Shown here in pieces: positions 1 through 11,476 of a stretch of DNA of 56,522 nucleotides (positions within the stretch are counted from its first letter, which is position 1; every line of letters starts with the position of its first letter). The position numbers and the translations under genes are program-made. The stretch spans positions 1-56,522 of the forward strand of contig JAYTHU010000207.1 in NCBI GenBank assembly GCA_043732305.1, given 5' to 3'. This DNA is from Oligoflexia bacterium. Its GTDB lineage: Bacteria > Bdellovibrionota > Bdellovibrionia > JABDDW01. A model generated the notes under the pieces. That model was given only the letters and a program-made list of their open reading frames with translations. It ran no database searches and had not been told where the DNA came from.

Positions 1-1350
1 TTTTCCCATGAGCGCCTTTACTTTACCTAAAGTTTCGGCAATATCAGAGACAACAAGAGTATTCGTTCGCTTATCCGCACTCACTTTTCCCCGGGGTGAA
101 AGCAAATTTGTAACCATTGAGGAAACGTCGTCCGACTTTGCATAGCTAAGAGGGTAAACTTGCACTCGAATGGGTTCTAATTCTTTTTGTGAATCGATCA
201 CACTGCGAGCAGAGCGAGATTCTGTCTGCAAAGTTTTTAGAGTTGCTATCCGCAAGATAGAACCGTTCTTAACATATCCCATTTGATTGGACTGCAGAAT
301 GATAGCAAGAGCTTGATCCCACGGAACTTTTCGAAGCTTCATAGTGACCCTGCCTTTAACGTCCTCATCCAAAATAATGTTCAAACCGCTTTCATCGGAA
401 ATGAACTTGAACACTTCGCGCACGTCTTGGTTATTCACTTCGATAGAAATTGGATTTCCGTAATATTTCGTACGGCCAAGCAAAAATGCATCGAATGTTT
501 TATTGCTCAAGATGCGTTCGTCAACGCCGCTTTCATTTACGGCGGGAGTAGCGGATGTCGTGGCAGTGTCTGTTCCGACGTCATCGTCAGAGCTATTGTT
601 AGTAATCAGCATTTTCTTAGCTTTATGTTTTGAGGAAAATTCGGCTTGCGAATCATTCGATGAACCAGCGGTAGCAATATTAATAATGTTTCCAGATTGA
701 GCAACGGCCGGCTCACTGCCTGGATCCATTGGTCCTTTCATTTGCAAAACCACGCGGGTGAGATTATCCCCTCCGCGTGATTGATAGGCGTTCACGGAGG
801 CGACAATGCCAGGAAATTCTTTGGTTACCAAAGCCCTCTGGAATTTCTTAGGCACCGTAGTGTTAGCCAGTTCAATGATGTACTGATTATTTTTTTCATT
901 TTTACGTGTCGTATACGTGACCGCATGATCTGTTTTGATGACGACAGTTCCGCCATTGTCATTGGCTCTATAATCAAGCCCAGTCACGAGCGATGGAGTT
1001 GACTGAGAAGGTTGAACAGTTTCAGAAACACTCTTGCCGGCAGGAATACTTTCCGGCACAGAATTGTTTACTGAAACCGACGGCGGAGTGGTGGGTTCAT
1101 CCATTAGGCTAGGAGTAGCTTCAGGTTTAGCATTTCCTTTTTGAGCAGAGGTATTTAAATCGCTTTCGCCAGTTTCTCCAGCTTGAGAAGTTTCAGTTGA
1201 ATCAAATTTTTGCTTTTCCGGATTTACACTTGTGCCGGCGTCAGAGACATCAGGAAGATCCTGCGCCTTTGGCTCAGTAGATGAACACCTGACCAACGTA
1301 CATGAGAGCGTAAGTACGATAAATAGACGACTCAAATCTTTGTAGTTCAT
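1..1350 (-). CDS. pilQ: Type IV pilus secretin PilQ, N-terminal part (runs off the window's left edge; absent from the ORF track)
   Basis: Manual translation: ATG at 1350 after a G-rich RBS gives MNYKDLSRLFIVLTLSCTLVRCSS (lipoprotein-like signal). The window edge encodes SPRGKVSADKRTNTLVVSDIAETLGKVKAL, typical of the secretin N3 domain. Lies directly downstream of pilP. Confidence 0.92.
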   Translation of the reverse strand, partial: MNYKDLSRLFIVLTLSCTLVRCSSTEPKAQDLPDVSDAGTSVNPEKQKFDSTETSQAGETGESDLNTSAQKGNAKPEATPSLMDEPTTPPSVSVNNSVPESIPAGKSVSETVQPSQSTPSLVTGLDYRANDNGGTVVIKTDHAVTYTTRKNEKNNQYIIELANTTVPKKFQRALVTKEFPGIVASVNAYQSRGGDNLTRVVLQMKGPMDPGSEPAVAQSGNIINIATAGSSNDSQAEFSSKHKAKKMLITNNSSDDDVGTDTATTSATPAVNESGVDERILSNKTFDAFLLGRTKYYGNPISIEVNNQDVREVFKFISDESGLNIILDEDVKGRVTMKLRKVPWDQALAIILQSNQMGYVKNGSILRIATLKTLQTESRSARSVIDSQKELEPIRVQVYPLSYAKSDDVSSMVTNLLSPRGKVSADKRTNTLVVSDIAETLGKVKALMGK

Positions 1351-1366
1351 AATCTTCCCCCTAAAC

Positions 1367-1858
1367 TCACTGACTCCCCAACTTCATCACCTGAGTTTGA
1401 TAACTGATTTTTCCACTATCTTTGAAACTTTCGATAACAACAATCTCGCCTTCGCGGATCCGCGCCACATAACCGTTGCTGCGCCCCACTCGATCATTCA
1501 CTTTTACGACGTGAGAAGATCCCATCGGATCCATAATCATGGCCTTTGGCTGCTTCACTTCCCAAATAATTCCCACGAGTTTCAATTGCTCAAGGTCATA
1601 TTTCTGCAGTGGGAACAGCGGGCCCAACGCATTAGAATCCGTAACTTCAAAATCAAATGGAGCAAACGGATCGCGCTTTCCTTGAGGAACATAGACATAG
1701 TCTTCGATTATCCCATTAAGAAGGTCTGAGGGCTTGGCAATTTCAGGAGCTTTAGGGTCTGCTAGTCGTACCGGCTCCACTGATTTTGCGGGCACCAAAT
1801 TCTGAGCAACAGTCGTTGCGCTCGAAATCAACAATGCGATGAAGAATAGTTTCTTCAT
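1367..1858 (-). CDS. pilP: Type IV pilus assembly protein PilP
   Basis: YVPQGKRDPFAP and PLQKYDLEQLKLVGIIW motifs; position in pilMNOPQ. Confidence 0.92.
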   Translation of the reverse strand: MKKLFFIALLISSATTVAQNLVPAKSVEPVRLADPKAPEIAKPSDLLNGIIEDYVYVPQGKRDPFAPFDFEVTDSNALGPLFPLQKYDLEQLKLVGIIWEVKQPKAMIMDPMGSSHVVKVNDRVGRSNGYVARIREGEIVVIESFKDSGKISYQTQVMKLGSQ

Positions 1859-2412
1859 TTGTCGCCTTTGTATCTGTAGGCCATGAGAGTGCCTTTGAGC
1901 TTAAGGGTAGCGGACGAGTCAATATAGACGGCATCACCCAATTCAACATCTTTGATAGTGATAATTCGAGGAATTTTACTCACATAGGATAGAAAAAGAA
2001 CGAGTCCTGGAAAGTTCCCCTTGAGTTCAATATCCATTGGGAGCTCATCATAAAAATCCTTAGAGACAGTTTCCTTAGGTCTAAAATGAGTGAGCTGAAC
2101 ACCGGCATTTCGAGCCTCAGCATAAATTTTCTTGAGTAGATCCTGAGTTTCTATTTCTCTTGGTAAATAATCTAGAGCGAGTCGAAAAGTCTGACTCATT
2201 CTTTCTACATCATCTTGAAATTTGGCTTTGTCTGCCGTTTTTTCAAGGGTTTGTTTTAGTTTTTCGGTTGAGACAATGATATCTGCGTGAAGTTTTTGGA
2301 TTTTGACATCGTTGGGATTTGTCCTCCCCAAAAAATAGTAAAAAACGCCGGCCAGTGCAATTCCGCCCAACAGCAACACTTTAAAAGATTGTCCTAAGAT
2401 AAAATCTTTCAC
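1855..2412 (-). CDS. pilO: Type IV pilus assembly protein PilO
   Basis: N-terminal TM helix, coiled coil, FYDELPMDIELKG...VSKIPRII motif; synteny. Confidence 0.92.
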   Translation of the reverse strand: MKDFILGQSFKVLLLGGIALAGVFYYFLGRTNPNDVKIQKLHADIIVSTEKLKQTLEKTADKAKFQDDVERMSQTFRLALDYLPREIETQDLLKKIYAEARNAGVQLTHFRPKETVSKDFYDELPMDIELKGNFPGLVLFLSYVSKIPRIITIKDVELGDAVYIDSSATLKLKGTLMAYRYKGDK

Positions 2413-3047
2413 TACATATTCTCCAAGGTGCTTTTAAGAATGAATTTTTTTACGGTTCCTTCGTTCTTTTTTACTTCTTCACTAGTCACCAAACTGACGT
2501 TTGAAAAATAGATAGAAGTAGACATGCCTTGCATGAATTCGGAAATTACAAATTCGTCCATAGCATAGCCTGTGAGCTCAACTCTTTTGTCATTGATCTT
2601 CAAATGGTCCAACCAAGCTTTAGGAGGAATTATTCCTTGAAGTGCATCAAGGGATTTCACATTCTTCAATCTTTCCTTCGAGAGACTTTTAATGATCGAG
2701 AGTTCCGAATCAAGTTTGTGTTTTTCTTCCAGAAACTTGTCGACTTCTTTTACGGCCAGGTCTTGGGCTTTGAGTTTAGTTTGAAGGGCCGTGTACTCTT
2801 GATTGAGTCTCTTAAGATCTTCTTCAGAAACGTATGATGCGTAACGGTTATAACCAAAAAGCAAAATGACAGGCAAAACAAGAGCCACAATGCGCACCAA
2901 AAAGCTGCCCGTTTCATCGGCAGCAATGTTTGCTGCTTTAGAGGCAAAAATAGATGTCATATTGAAATCAAATTTAAGTTTACTGCCGGAGTGCTTTTGT
3001 TTACTGGCCAATGCTGAGACATCATTGATGAGGTTAATGCGAATCAT
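2412..3047 (-). CDS. pilN: Type IV pilus assembly protein PilN
   Basis: MIRINL N-terminal motif, TM helix, coiled coil, IPPKAWL...LTGYA PilN domain. Confidence 0.93.
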   Translation of the reverse strand: MIRINLINDVSALASKQKHSGSKLKFDFNMTSIFASKAANIAADETGSFLVRIVALVLPVILLFGYNRYASYVSEEDLKRLNQEYTALQTKLKAQDLAVKEVDKFLEEKHKLDSELSIIKSLSKERLKNVKSLDALQGIIPPKAWLDHLKINDKRVELTGYAMDEFVISEFMQGMSTSIYFSNVSLVTSEEVKKNEGTVKKFILKSTLENM

Positions 3048-3051
3048 GGCG

Positions 3052-4101
3052 TTACCCTCCCTGTCTCATGGCTAAGCCTAATCCAACGGCGACATAAGGG
3101 CCAATTTGGGCAACGTAGTCTGCGGCAAATTGAGCGGGATCAAATCTAATATTTTGAAAACAGTTTAAAATTTCTACTTCCACACCTAAAACTGAACTCA
3201 ACTGTCCGGTAAGACCACTCACGCCGAATCCACCACCGGTAACATAGAATTTTGAAATATTAATATCGGTGCCGGTGGTCATTAGGAAATCTAGAATTCG
3301 CCTGACTTCTTCAGCAGCGGCTTCATTGGTCTGTTTAATGCAATCGGTGACTTCTTGAGGCACGGCCTGCCCTTGACTCGCAGAGATCTTCATTGACTCA
3401 GCTTCTTCTGCACTGATGCTCATGACTTTTTGGATATCTTGGGTGTAATTACCACCGCCGAAAAGAATTTCTCTGCAAAAAGTGACTTCGCCATATTCTA
3501 AAACCACAAACTGAGTAAAAGCAGCGCCCATGCTTAGAAGACCTATAGTCTGTCCTTTATTCATCCCGTAATTTGCCTCGTAGCAGTTAGCAAGCGCAAA
3601 CCCTGTCACGTCAACAATGCTGCACCCAAGACCTGCGCCCTCGACAACTTCAGCGTATTTTGTGACTAGTTCACGCTTAGCTCCAACAAGCAAAATATTC
3701 ATCTGTTCCGGTGGCGAAGGAACGTTGGCTAAGATGTGATAACCCAAATTTATTTCATTGATATCGAAAGGAATATACTGTTCAGCCTCCCATTTGAGCT
3801 GTTCCGCCAACAGCTGATCATCAATACGGGGAATCGAAATTTTCTTGGTGATGATAGAGGACCCGCTGACACCGACGACGGCTTTTTTACTTTTTGAACC
3901 AGTCTGTTGGAGAAGTTGTTCGATGGCCACACTTAGGGCAGCAGTATCAACAATATTCCCATTTGAGATAGCCCCTTGAGGCGTAGGTACATAACCGAAA
4001 GCGGTCAATGTGATTTTTTTTCCCGTACCCTCAACTTCCACAAGTTTTATTGTACTTGTTCCTATGTCGAGGCCGACGAGCTTATTCGACTTAAAGAGCA
4101 T
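3052..4101 (-). CDS. pilM: Type IV pilus assembly protein PilM (actin-like)
   Basis: VGLDIGTSTIKLVE, EAEQYIPFDI and AVGLGLAMR motifs. Confidence 0.95.
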   Translation of the reverse strand: MLFKSNKLVGLDIGTSTIKLVEVEGTGKKITLTAFGYVPTPQGAISNGNIVDTAALSVAIEQLLQQTGSKSKKAVVGVSGSSIITKKISIPRIDDQLLAEQLKWEAEQYIPFDINEINLGYHILANVPSPPEQMNILLVGAKRELVTKYAEVVEGAGLGCSIVDVTGFALANCYEANYGMNKGQTIGLLSMGAAFTQFVVLEYGEVTFCREILFGGGNYTQDIQKVMSISAEEAESMKISASQGQAVPQEVTDCIKQTNEAAAEEVRRILDFLMTTGTDINISKFYVTGGGFGVSGLTGQLSSVLGVEVEILNCFQNIRFDPAQFAADYVAQIGPYVAVGLGLAMRQGG

Positions 4102-4197
4102 CCCGCTCCATTCTATTGTTGCGCTTCATGTTGTGCGTTAGGGCTGCGTTTTGTTAAGACAATCCTGTCTTAATTAGACCTAAATCTTGGAACAAAG

Positions 4198-4989
4198 TCA
4201 AACGGAGGGGAAGAAATAAGATAAATAAATTTTGATGAGCGGCGGTCCAATGAAGATGTAAGCGTAAGCTGCTAGACTAAGGAATGGACCGAAAGGAATT
4301 GTTGTTTTTAATCCGGACTTTTGTCTTGCCGCAAATGTCAAACCAACGATTGATCCAAGTACACTACTCACCAAAATTGTGAAAATCACAGACCGAAATC
4401 CCAGAACCGCCCCGATCCAAGCGAGAAGCTTAATATCTCCACCGCCCATACCTTCTTCTTTTTTTATCACCGCGTACAAATAAGCAACTAGCCAAAGAAA
4501 TCCGCCGCCCGCGAGAACTCCCCAAACACCATTCATAAATGGCCGTTCAGGATTCAGAGCCGCACCAGCTAGACCAATAACTATTCCGGGGAGTGTCATC
4601 ACATCCGGCAAAATTCGATGATCCAGATCAATAACACTCGCGATCAGCATTCCCCAGCAGAGGATCAAATATTCAATGAGCGTGAAAGAAAGTCCAAGCT
4701 TCAAAAATAAACTCAGAAAAATAATCCCGCTTAAAAGCTCTACAAACATATAGCGAGCACTGTAAGATGATTTGCAGTTTCGACATTTTCCTCGGAGGAT
4801 AAAGTAAGAAAGAATTGGAATATTGTCGTAAAACGCGATTGGTTTTTGACACCCGTAACAAAAACTTCGAGGAGTCACTATGCTGAGTTTCTTTGGCAGT
4901 CGATAAATAACGACATTTCCAAAGCTTCCGAAACATGCTCCCACAAAAAAGAAAAGAATTTCTAAGAACAAATTTTCAGGTGAAATCAC
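4198..4989 (-). CDS. pilD: Prepilin peptidase/N-methyltransferase PilD (A24)
   Basis: GSFGNVVIYRLP, two CxxC pairs, IDLDHRILPD, GMGGGDIKL, IPFGPFL. Start uncertain (GTG 4989 or TTG 4971). Confidence 0.93.
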   Translation of the reverse strand: MISPENLFLEILFFFVGACFGSFGNVVIYRLPKKLSIVTPRSFCYGCQKPIAFYDNIPILSYFILRGKCRNCKSSYSARYMFVELLSGIIFLSLFLKLGLSFTLIEYLILCWGMLIASVIDLDHRILPDVMTLPGIVIGLAGAALNPERPFMNGVWGVLAGGGFLWLVAYLYAVIKKEEGMGGGDIKLLAWIGAVLGFRSVIFTILVSSVLGSIVGLTFAARQKSGLKTTIPFGPFLSLAAYAYIFIGPPLIKIYLSYFFPSV

Positions 4990-5743
4990 GGCTCTTAAAC
5001 AATTTCTGCGCACAGAAAACGAGTATAATCATCCAACTGAGCCAAAGCGCAAATGACAAATAGATGTCAGAGGACGCAATGGCATCATTGTAGATAACGG
5101 CTTCTCTAAAATCAAAGCGCTCAAGGTTTATGAAAAATTTAGAAAAGTAGTAACCAAATTCTTTAAAAATAATGTTGTCCGATTTTTTACTGAAATAGGC
5201 AAGATCACTCATCGTGTGCCCCATAATCCAGGTGGAAAATGCAAACAGAACTGTCAGCAGTGGACGACAGAAAACTCCGAAAAAGATAGCCACCGACAGC
5301 AGAACCAGGGACTCAAAGAAAACTCCGAGCTGAGCAATAAAATAACTTTTAAAATGAAAGAATTCATATTTTCGACATAAAAAGAAAAGAGTAAGTGAAA
5401 GCGTAAAATTCATAATTGTCAGAATTGCCGTAAGCCCCAGGAACTTTCCAGAAATAAATTCAGCGCGGGACAAAGGCTTGGACAAAAGTGTCAGCACCGT
5501 TTGCTTTTCTATTTCACGTGACACGAGTGTGCTCCCAAGGAACACGGCAAGCAGACAGCATCCTATTTGAATGGCGACAAGCCCCATGTTCGTGACTATG
5601 CGATCCCCCTCTGCAAAACTTAGCTGTCCCATGAGATAACTGAGAACCACTAAGAAGAACGCGAAAAAAAGCAGAGCGTAGAGAATTCGGTCACGAATGA
5701 TTTCTTTAAAAGTGTTGTAGGCGACGTAATAGATTCGTTTCAT
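4976..5743 (-). CDS. ABC-2 type permease (PilI-like)
   Basis: NTFKEIIRDR, REIEKQTVLTLLSKPLSRAEFISGKFLG; multiple TM helices; between the ABC ATPase and pilD as in Myxococcus pilH-pilI-pilD. Confidence 0.85.
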   Translation of the reverse strand: MKRIYYVAYNTFKEIIRDRILYALLFFAFFLVVLSYLMGQLSFAEGDRIVTNMGLVAIQIGCCLLAVFLGSTLVSREIEKQTVLTLLSKPLSRAEFISGKFLGLTAILTIMNFTLSLTLFFLCRKYEFFHFKSYFIAQLGVFFESLVLLSVAIFFGVFCRPLLTVLFAFSTWIMGHTMSDLAYFSKKSDNIIFKEFGYYFSKFFINLERFDFREAVIYNDAIASSDIYLSFALWLSWMIILVFCAQKLFKSRDFT

Positions 5744-5753
5744 TTTATGTTTT

Positions 5754-6620
5754 TTATCTCGTGCTTTCGCCAATGTTTTTTGCAGCTTCGCTCATTTTAA
5801 TAAAAACGGCTTCTAAATGTGGGCGAAGAATACTCACTTTCACAATGGTAGCTTTATCTGCGCGCGCCTGATCGATCGCCAATTGCAACTCGGCATCAGT
5901 GCCAAATAAAACTTTTTCGGACTTACCATTTTTAGCTTTCTCTAATTCATAACCCAAAGAATATTTAGAAAGCAATTCTTCAACTGGACTTTGAATAACA
6001 AGTTTTCCATGATTGATGATCACAACTTCATTACAGAAAGCTTCTACGTCAGAAATCAAATGAGTGCTGAAAAATACAGTCGCCCCATTTTTATGAGCGC
6101 GATCAATCAATTGCATCATGTGAGCTCGTCCGTCAGGATCGAGTCCACTCATAGGTTCATCCAAAATCAAAAGTTCCGGCTCATTAATGAGAGCCTGTGC
6201 CAGACCCACTCGCTGAAGCATTCCTTTGCTATAATTTCTTAAGGGACGATGGGCCGCGTGCCCGAGCCCCACCTCTTCAATCAAAGAAGTGATTCGACTT
6301 TTGGGAATATTTTTATTGAAAAGCTTTGAGCAAAATTCTAAAAACTCAAAACCTGAAAGGTATTCGTAAAAATAAGGGCGCTCGGTTAAAAAACCAATGC
6401 GTTCTTTGTCTATAATTTTAAATGTTCCGGAATCTTTCTTGATCAAGCCGAGAAGAATCTTGAGAGTGGTCGTCTTTCCGGATCCATTTGATCCCAAGAA
6501 TCCAACCATTTTTCCTTTATTGATATGAAAGCTCAATCCTTGTAGTGCAGGCACAAGACGCCGCGCCATTGGAGTGATAAAAGTTTTCTTCAAATCGACG
6601 ACTTCAATTATTTTTTCCAT
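5754..6620 (-). CDS. ABC transporter ATP-binding protein (PilH-like)
   Basis: Walker A GSNGSGKTT, signature YSKGMLQR, Walker B LLILDEP. Confidence 0.9.
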   Translation of the reverse strand: MEKIIEVVDLKKTFITPMARRLVPALQGLSFHINKGKMVGFLGSNGSGKTTTLKILLGLIKKDSGTFKIIDKERIGFLTERPYFYEYLSGFEFLEFCSKLFNKNIPKSRITSLIEEVGLGHAAHRPLRNYSKGMLQRVGLAQALINEPELLILDEPMSGLDPDGRAHMMQLIDRAHKNGATVFFSTHLISDVEAFCNEVVIINHGKLVIQSPVEELLSKYSLGYELEKAKNGKSEKVLFGTDAELQLAIDQARADKATIVKVSILRPHLEAVFIKMSEAAKNIGESTR

Positions 6621-6622
6621 GA

Positions 6623-7555
6623 TCAGCGTGACTCCTTGGGTTCCGTGCCATGATCAGGCTTGAGATATTTCAGAAGTTCGCGAACGGGGTCGTATTGTCG
6701 ACTGGTTGCAAGAGCCATGGTTTTAATCCCAAAAAGCTTTTGCAAAACATTGTCTGGCTCATCCTGCAAATCTATCAAAGCAAACATAAGATCATGAGTG
6801 AAACGAGGATATTTCTCGTAAAAATCATTGCGGACACAAAAAGGATCATTGGGAATAGGCTCACTCACCCATAGGGTGCGAACCTTTTTTGTCTCGCCCG
6901 CATGAATAGTGGTACGCGCATTCCAAGCTCCTGTTGTGGCTTTCGCGTTGTCAGCGTAGACGGCAACCGCGTCAACGTCGCCTTTCCAAAGAGCTCGAAT
7001 GGCAGCCTCATGATTGCCAAAAAATTTCTTGGAGGTAAAATACTTTTCAGGATCGATTTTCTTTTTCCTTAACATTGCAGAAGGATAAAGAAAGCCTGAA
7101 GTGCTTTTCTCATCTACAAAACCAAAACGTTTCCCTTTGAGATCTTTGATCGATTTAATAGCAGAATCATCATTCACGATAATCGCGCTGTAGTAGAAAG
7201 GACCCATCCAAACTTTTTTAAGTAGAACTTTCGCCTGCGCAGTTTTTTCCGCTTCCACAAATGTGAGTGCGGTGAAAAAGGCGTAGTCGACTTTCTTGTC
7301 TTTCATTCCATCAATAATTCCGGAGTAACTGGAGGGAACGAAAACTTCAAAAGGGACTTTTAATCGGGATTCTAAAATTCCAGCAAGCTCGGCGCCCTTG
7401 AGTTTGAGAATGCTGACATCTTCACTGGGAACGAAACCTAAAACAACTTTTGACGGCAGGTCAGATGCCGCGCGCACTGAGATACCTGAGCCTACAATGA
7501 GGCTAAATATGAAAAAGTTTAAAAAGACGGCGGAAATTAAATTCAATAATTTCAT
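6623..7555 (-). CDS. Phosphate/phosphite/phosphonate ABC substrate-binding protein (PhnD family)
   Basis: Signal peptide; LKGKRFGFVDEKSTSGFLYP, GNHEAAI, SEPIPNDP motifs. Confidence 0.82.
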   Translation of the reverse strand: MKLLNLISAVFLNFFIFSLIVGSGISVRAASDLPSKVVLGFVPSEDVSILKLKGAELAGILESRLKVPFEVFVPSSYSGIIDGMKDKKVDYAFFTALTFVEAEKTAQAKVLLKKVWMGPFYYSAIIVNDDSAIKSIKDLKGKRFGFVDEKSTSGFLYPSAMLRKKKIDPEKYFTSKKFFGNHEAAIRALWKGDVDAVAVYADNAKATTGAWNARTTIHAGETKKVRTLWVSEPIPNDPFCVRNDFYEKYPRFTHDLMFALIDLQDEPDNVLQKLFGIKTMALATSRQYDPVRELLKYLKPDHGTEPKESR

Positions 7556-7607
7556 TTGTGTACCCCTACCCAACTTTCGAAATTGTTTCACAATTTAACG
7601 AAAGAGG

Positions 7608-10600
7608 TCAAGGCTTCAAAAAAGAAACTCGAATTTGGTTTGGAGGATTTCTATTTCTCATCAATACCTTAGAGAAAGCCTGCGCTGCGTAAATTTCCGT
7701 CAGACAGGGAATGTTTCTTTCTAAACTTCCGCGGCGAATACTGTAGCTATCGGCGATGGACTGCGCACCCGAAGTGGTATTGATAATGGCTTTGATTTCT
7801 CCATTTTGAATCATATCTACGCAATGGGGCGACCCTTGAGTCACTTTGTTGATTAAAGTGACTTTAACTGCATTTTCTTCGAAGAATTTGGCGGTTCCTT
7901 GAGTAGCAACAATTTCAAATCCCGCTTTTTCCAAATCTCTGGCAATCGCAAGTGAACTTTTTTTATCTTTATCTTTCACCGAGAAAAAAACTTTTCCTTC
8001 TTTGGCGATTTTATAACCTGACCCAATAAATGCTTTTTCCAAAGCTTCGGCGTAATCAGCCGGCTCCTCAGGTTCTCCAGGCTTTGCAAATGTGGGCACA
8101 GACCGTCCCATAGACTCGCCAGTCGATCGCATTTCCGGTCCCAATACAATATCGGCACCTCGAAATTTTTTGAACGGGAAGACCACGCCTTTCACCGAAA
8201 TACTTTCGACTTTTCTCCAATATTTTGTGACATGGAGTTTTTGTCCGAGCATGCAGCTGATGGCTAGAGGAACAATTGGAATGCCGGTTGCTTTAGAAAC
8301 AAATGGAACGGACCGAGATGAACGAGGATTAGCCTCTAGGACAAAAATCTGATCACCCTGAATAGCGAGTTGTAAATTCAAATGCCCAATAACTTTCATT
8401 GCAAGACAAAGCTCCCGGGACAGTCTTTCGACTTCATCGATAATATTTTGCGGAATTCTTTGCGGCGGAAGGACACCCATACTGTCCCCACTATGAACAC
8501 CAGCGCCTTCAATATGTTCGACAATGCCACCAATGAGAACAGTCTCACCATCGCTAACCAAATCCACATCCATCTCGAGTGCGTGCTCTAGAAATTTATC
8601 GATGAACAATGGAGATTTGGGATAAATATATTCTGAATACCGAGAAATATAATCTTCTAATTCAGCCCTGGAATCTAAAATTTCCATGCGGCGTCCACCA
8701 AGAACAAAACTTGGTCTACATATAAGTGGGAATCCAAGTTCATCGGAAAGCGCAAGCGCTGTCGATTTGCTAGTGGCTAGCTTGAATTGGGGGATTTTTA
8801 ATTTTAGCTGATGACATAATTTTGCGAATTTTTCTCGGTCTTCGGCAAGTTCAATTGTCTCTAGGGTAGATCCCAGAATCTTATAACCTTCGCTCTGGAG
8901 CGTGGGCGCAAGAGCAATAGGAGTTTGTCCACCAAGCTGCACAACCACGCCATCGGGCTTGATAAAATGCAGCACTTCAAGAACGTGCTCTTCAGTCAAA
9001 GGTTCAAAAAACAGAACATCGCTGAGATCATAATCGGTTGAAACAGTTTCAGGATTGCAGTTGATCATAACCGCGCGCTTGCCATTTTTTTTCAGCGCTT
9101 TTATTCCCTGAACACAGCCGTAATCAAATTCTATAGCCTGACCGATACGATTGGGACCACTTCCCAAAACCACGACTGTTCCGGCAGAACTTTGAGCGAC
9201 ATGAGGCACTTTATAATAAGTGGAATAATAGTACGGAGTTTCTGATGCAAATTCTCCACTGCAGGTGTCCACAACCCAAAAACCCGGTCGAACGTTTAAA
9301 GTTTGACGAGTGTGCCGGATATCTTTTGTCGAAAGTCCCGCAAGCTTGGCCATGCGGCGGTCAGAGAGACCATTCTTTTTAAATCTGAGAAGTTTTTCTG
9401 GATCCTTAATGGACTCGCTGTTCACTGCAGATTCAGTTTTGACAATTTCTGAGATTTGATTCAAAAACCAAGGATTGATAAAGGTGAGCTCAAAAAGTTT
9501 TTCTTTGGTGTAGCCCTGGCGAAACGCCTGAGCCACATGCAAGAGCCTCTCACTGTTAGGAGTCGTCAATCGTTCTTCATCGAGTTGCACTTCGTCAAAA
9601 CCGCCACTGCCGCGCTCGAGGCCGCTCATGGCTTTCATCAAACTTTCTTTGAAAGTTCGGCCAATGGCCATGGCCTCGCCCACACTTTTCATTTGTGTGG
9701 TCAGCTCGTCTTTGACACCGGGGAATTTCTCGAAATTAAATCTTGGAATTTTTGTGACAACGTAATCAAGACTTGGCTCAAAACAACTTGGAGTAGATTT
9801 TGTGATGTCATTTAAAATTTCATGGAGTGCGTAGCCGACAGCAAGTTTTGCAGCTAATTTTGCAATCGGAAATCCGGTGGCTTTACTAGCCAACGCCGAA
9901 CTTCTGGAAACACGCGGGTTCATCTCAATGACGATCCGCTTTCCGCTGACAGGATCAACCGCAAATTGCACGTTGGCGCCGCCTGTTTGCACGCCAATCA
10001 CTTCCATGACTTTCTTAGCTTCATCGCGCATCGCCTGATATTCGGGATCAGTCAAGGTCATGGCCGGAGCAACAGTGATACTGTCTCCGGTGTGAACGCC
10101 CATGGGATCAAGGTTTTCAATCGAGCAGATGACTACAAAAGTTCCAAGCTTGTCGCACATGACTTCTAATTCGTATTCTTTCCATCCAAGAACACTTTCT
10201 TCTACCAATACTTCACTCGTCGGTGACTCATGAAGACCTTGTGCAAGGAGAATTTCATATTCTTTTTGATCGCGGGCGACTCCCCCACCCGATCCGCCTA
10301 GTGTGAAACTTGGGCGCAAGATAATCGGATAACCAATTTCCACGGCTGCTTTGAGGCCTTGCTCAATATTTTTAACCGTGAAGCTTTTGGGAGTGAGAGC
10401 GCCGATATCTTTCATGAGATTTTTAAAGATCTCTCGGTCTTCCGCTTTATTGATGGCTTCTACTGAAGCACCCAACAACTCCACATTATATTTCTTCAAA
10501 ACTCCTGCGGCGTTTAAAGCTAGAGCTGCATTCAGCGCCGTTTGTCCACCAAGGGTGGGGATGAGAGCCTGCGGCCTTTCGATTTCGATGATTTTCTCTA

Positions 10601-10829
10601 AGTAAGGAACTTCGAGAGGCTCGATGTAAACTTTGTTTGCCGTCTCGGGATCCGTCATGATCGTGGCGGGATTCGAATTCACCAAGATAACTTCGTAGCC
10701 TTCTTCGCGCAACGCTTTGCAGGCTTGAGTTCCAGAGTAATCAAATTCGCAAGCTTGCCCAATGACAATGGGACCGCTCCCCAATATCATTATTTTCTGA
10801 ATGTCGGTTCGCTTGCCCGATCGCTCCAT
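7608..10829 (-). CDS. carB: Carbamoyl-phosphate synthase large subunit
   Basis: [20 protein letters not shown], duplicated ATP-grasp domains, C-terminal MGS domain. Confidence 0.98.
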   Translation of the reverse strand: MERSGKRTDIQKIMILGSGPIVIGQACEFDYSGTQACKALREEGYEVILVNSNPATIMTDPETANKVYIEPLEVPYLEKIIEIERPQALIPTLGGQTALNAALALNAAGVLKKYNVELLGASVEAINKAEDREIFKNLMKDIGALTPKSFTVKNIEQGLKAAVEIGYPIILRPSFTLGGSGGGVARDQKEYEILLAQGLHESPTSEVLVEESVLGWKEYELEVMCDKLGTFVVICSIENLDPMGVHTGDSITVAPAMTLTDPEYQAMRDEAKKVMEVIGVQTGGANVQFAVDPVSGKRIVIEMNPRVSRSSALASKATGFPIAKLAAKLAVGYALHEILNDITKSTPSCFEPSLDYVVTKIPRFNFEKFPGVKDELTTQMKSVGEAMAIGRTFKESLMKAMSGLERGSGGFDEVQLDEERLTTPNSERLLHVAQAFRQGYTKEKLFELTFINPWFLNQISEIVKTESAVNSESIKDPEKLLRFKKNGLSDRRMAKLAGLSTKDIRHTRQTLNVRPGFWVVDTCSGEFASETPYYYSTYYKVPHVAQSSAGTVVVLGSGPNRIGQAIEFDYGCVQGIKALKKNGKRAVMINCNPETVSTDYDLSDVLFFEPLTEEHVLEVLHFIKPDGVVVQLGGQTPIALAPTLQSEGYKILGSTLETIELAEDREKFAKLCHQLKLKIPQFKLATSKSTALALSDELGFPLICRPSFVLGGRRMEILDSRAELEDYISRYSEYIYPKSPLFIDKFLEHALEMDVDLVSDGETVLIGGIVEHIEGAGVHSGDSMGVLPPQRIPQNIIDEVERLSRELCLAMKVIGHLNLQLAIQGDQIFVLEANPRSSRSVPFVSKATGIPIVPLAISCMLGQKLHVTKYWRKVESISVKGVVFPFKKFRGADIVLGPEMRSTGESMGRSVPTFAKPGEPEEPADYAEALEKAFIGSGYKIAKEGKVFFSVKDKDKKSSLAIARDLEKAGFEIVATQGTAKFFEENAVKVTLINKVTQGSPHCVDMIQNGEIKAIINTTSGAQSIADSYSIRRGSLERNIPCLTEIYAAQAFSKVLMRNRNPPNQIRVSFLKP

Positions 10830-11476
10830 TAAATTCGCAACTTCCCGTCGTTAGAATAAATATACTCAAGGCGAATGTGTTTATACTGCTCAAACTTGTA
10901 ACGCATTTTCAAAAGTTTAAGCATGATAGCTTCTTTGTGAGCTTGATCGAGATGTCGGACTTGCTTAATTTCTTTTTCGATAAATTTGCTGGCTTCTAGT
11001 GGATGAAAACAAAATCCTTTGGTGAAAACCCATGTTTTTCCTTTAGGAATCAACCGCGCTTCAAAAATCTCGTCGTTGTTAAAACCTGCCGTCACGTTAG
11101 ACTCTTCAATAATTAATTTTTTCTTAGTGAAAAGATCTCTAATCACCACGTCAGTTTCGTTCAATTTAATGAATTCAAACAGACTGTGATGGGTCTTTGT
11201 GAGGTTTTCGTAGATATCTCTTTGCTCAGGTGGAATGTGATCAATATTTTTATGGTAGAAAAAATTCGACGGCGGCAGATGCACGTCAGAAAGTTCGCGA
11301 GAGAACATGAACCAATCTAAAAACTGTGACATTCGCATTTCGAAACTGACATTTTCTTCGTCAACTATGCCGGCCCTCTCGAAAAACTCCCGTTTTGCGT
11401 TCAGCGCCTCCCGTTGAAAGTCACCGGCGGTGAAGATTTGGATCAGTTGTTCGAGAACTTTTTCATATTCATTCAT
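10829..11476 (-). CDS. Hypothetical protein between carA and carB
   Basis: 215-aa ORF translationally coupled to both neighbours (stop/start overlaps); no motif recognised. Confidence 0.8.
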   Translation of the reverse strand: MNEYEKVLEQLIQIFTAGDFQREALNAKREFFERAGIVDEENVSFEMRMSQFLDWFMFSRELSDVHLPPSNFFYHKNIDHIPPEQRDIYENLTKTHHSLFEFIKLNETDVVIRDLFTKKKLIIEESNVTAGFNNDEIFEARLIPKGKTWVFTKGFCFHPLEASKFIEKEIKQVRHLDQAHKEAIMLKLLKMRYKFEQYKHIRLEYIYSNDGKLRI

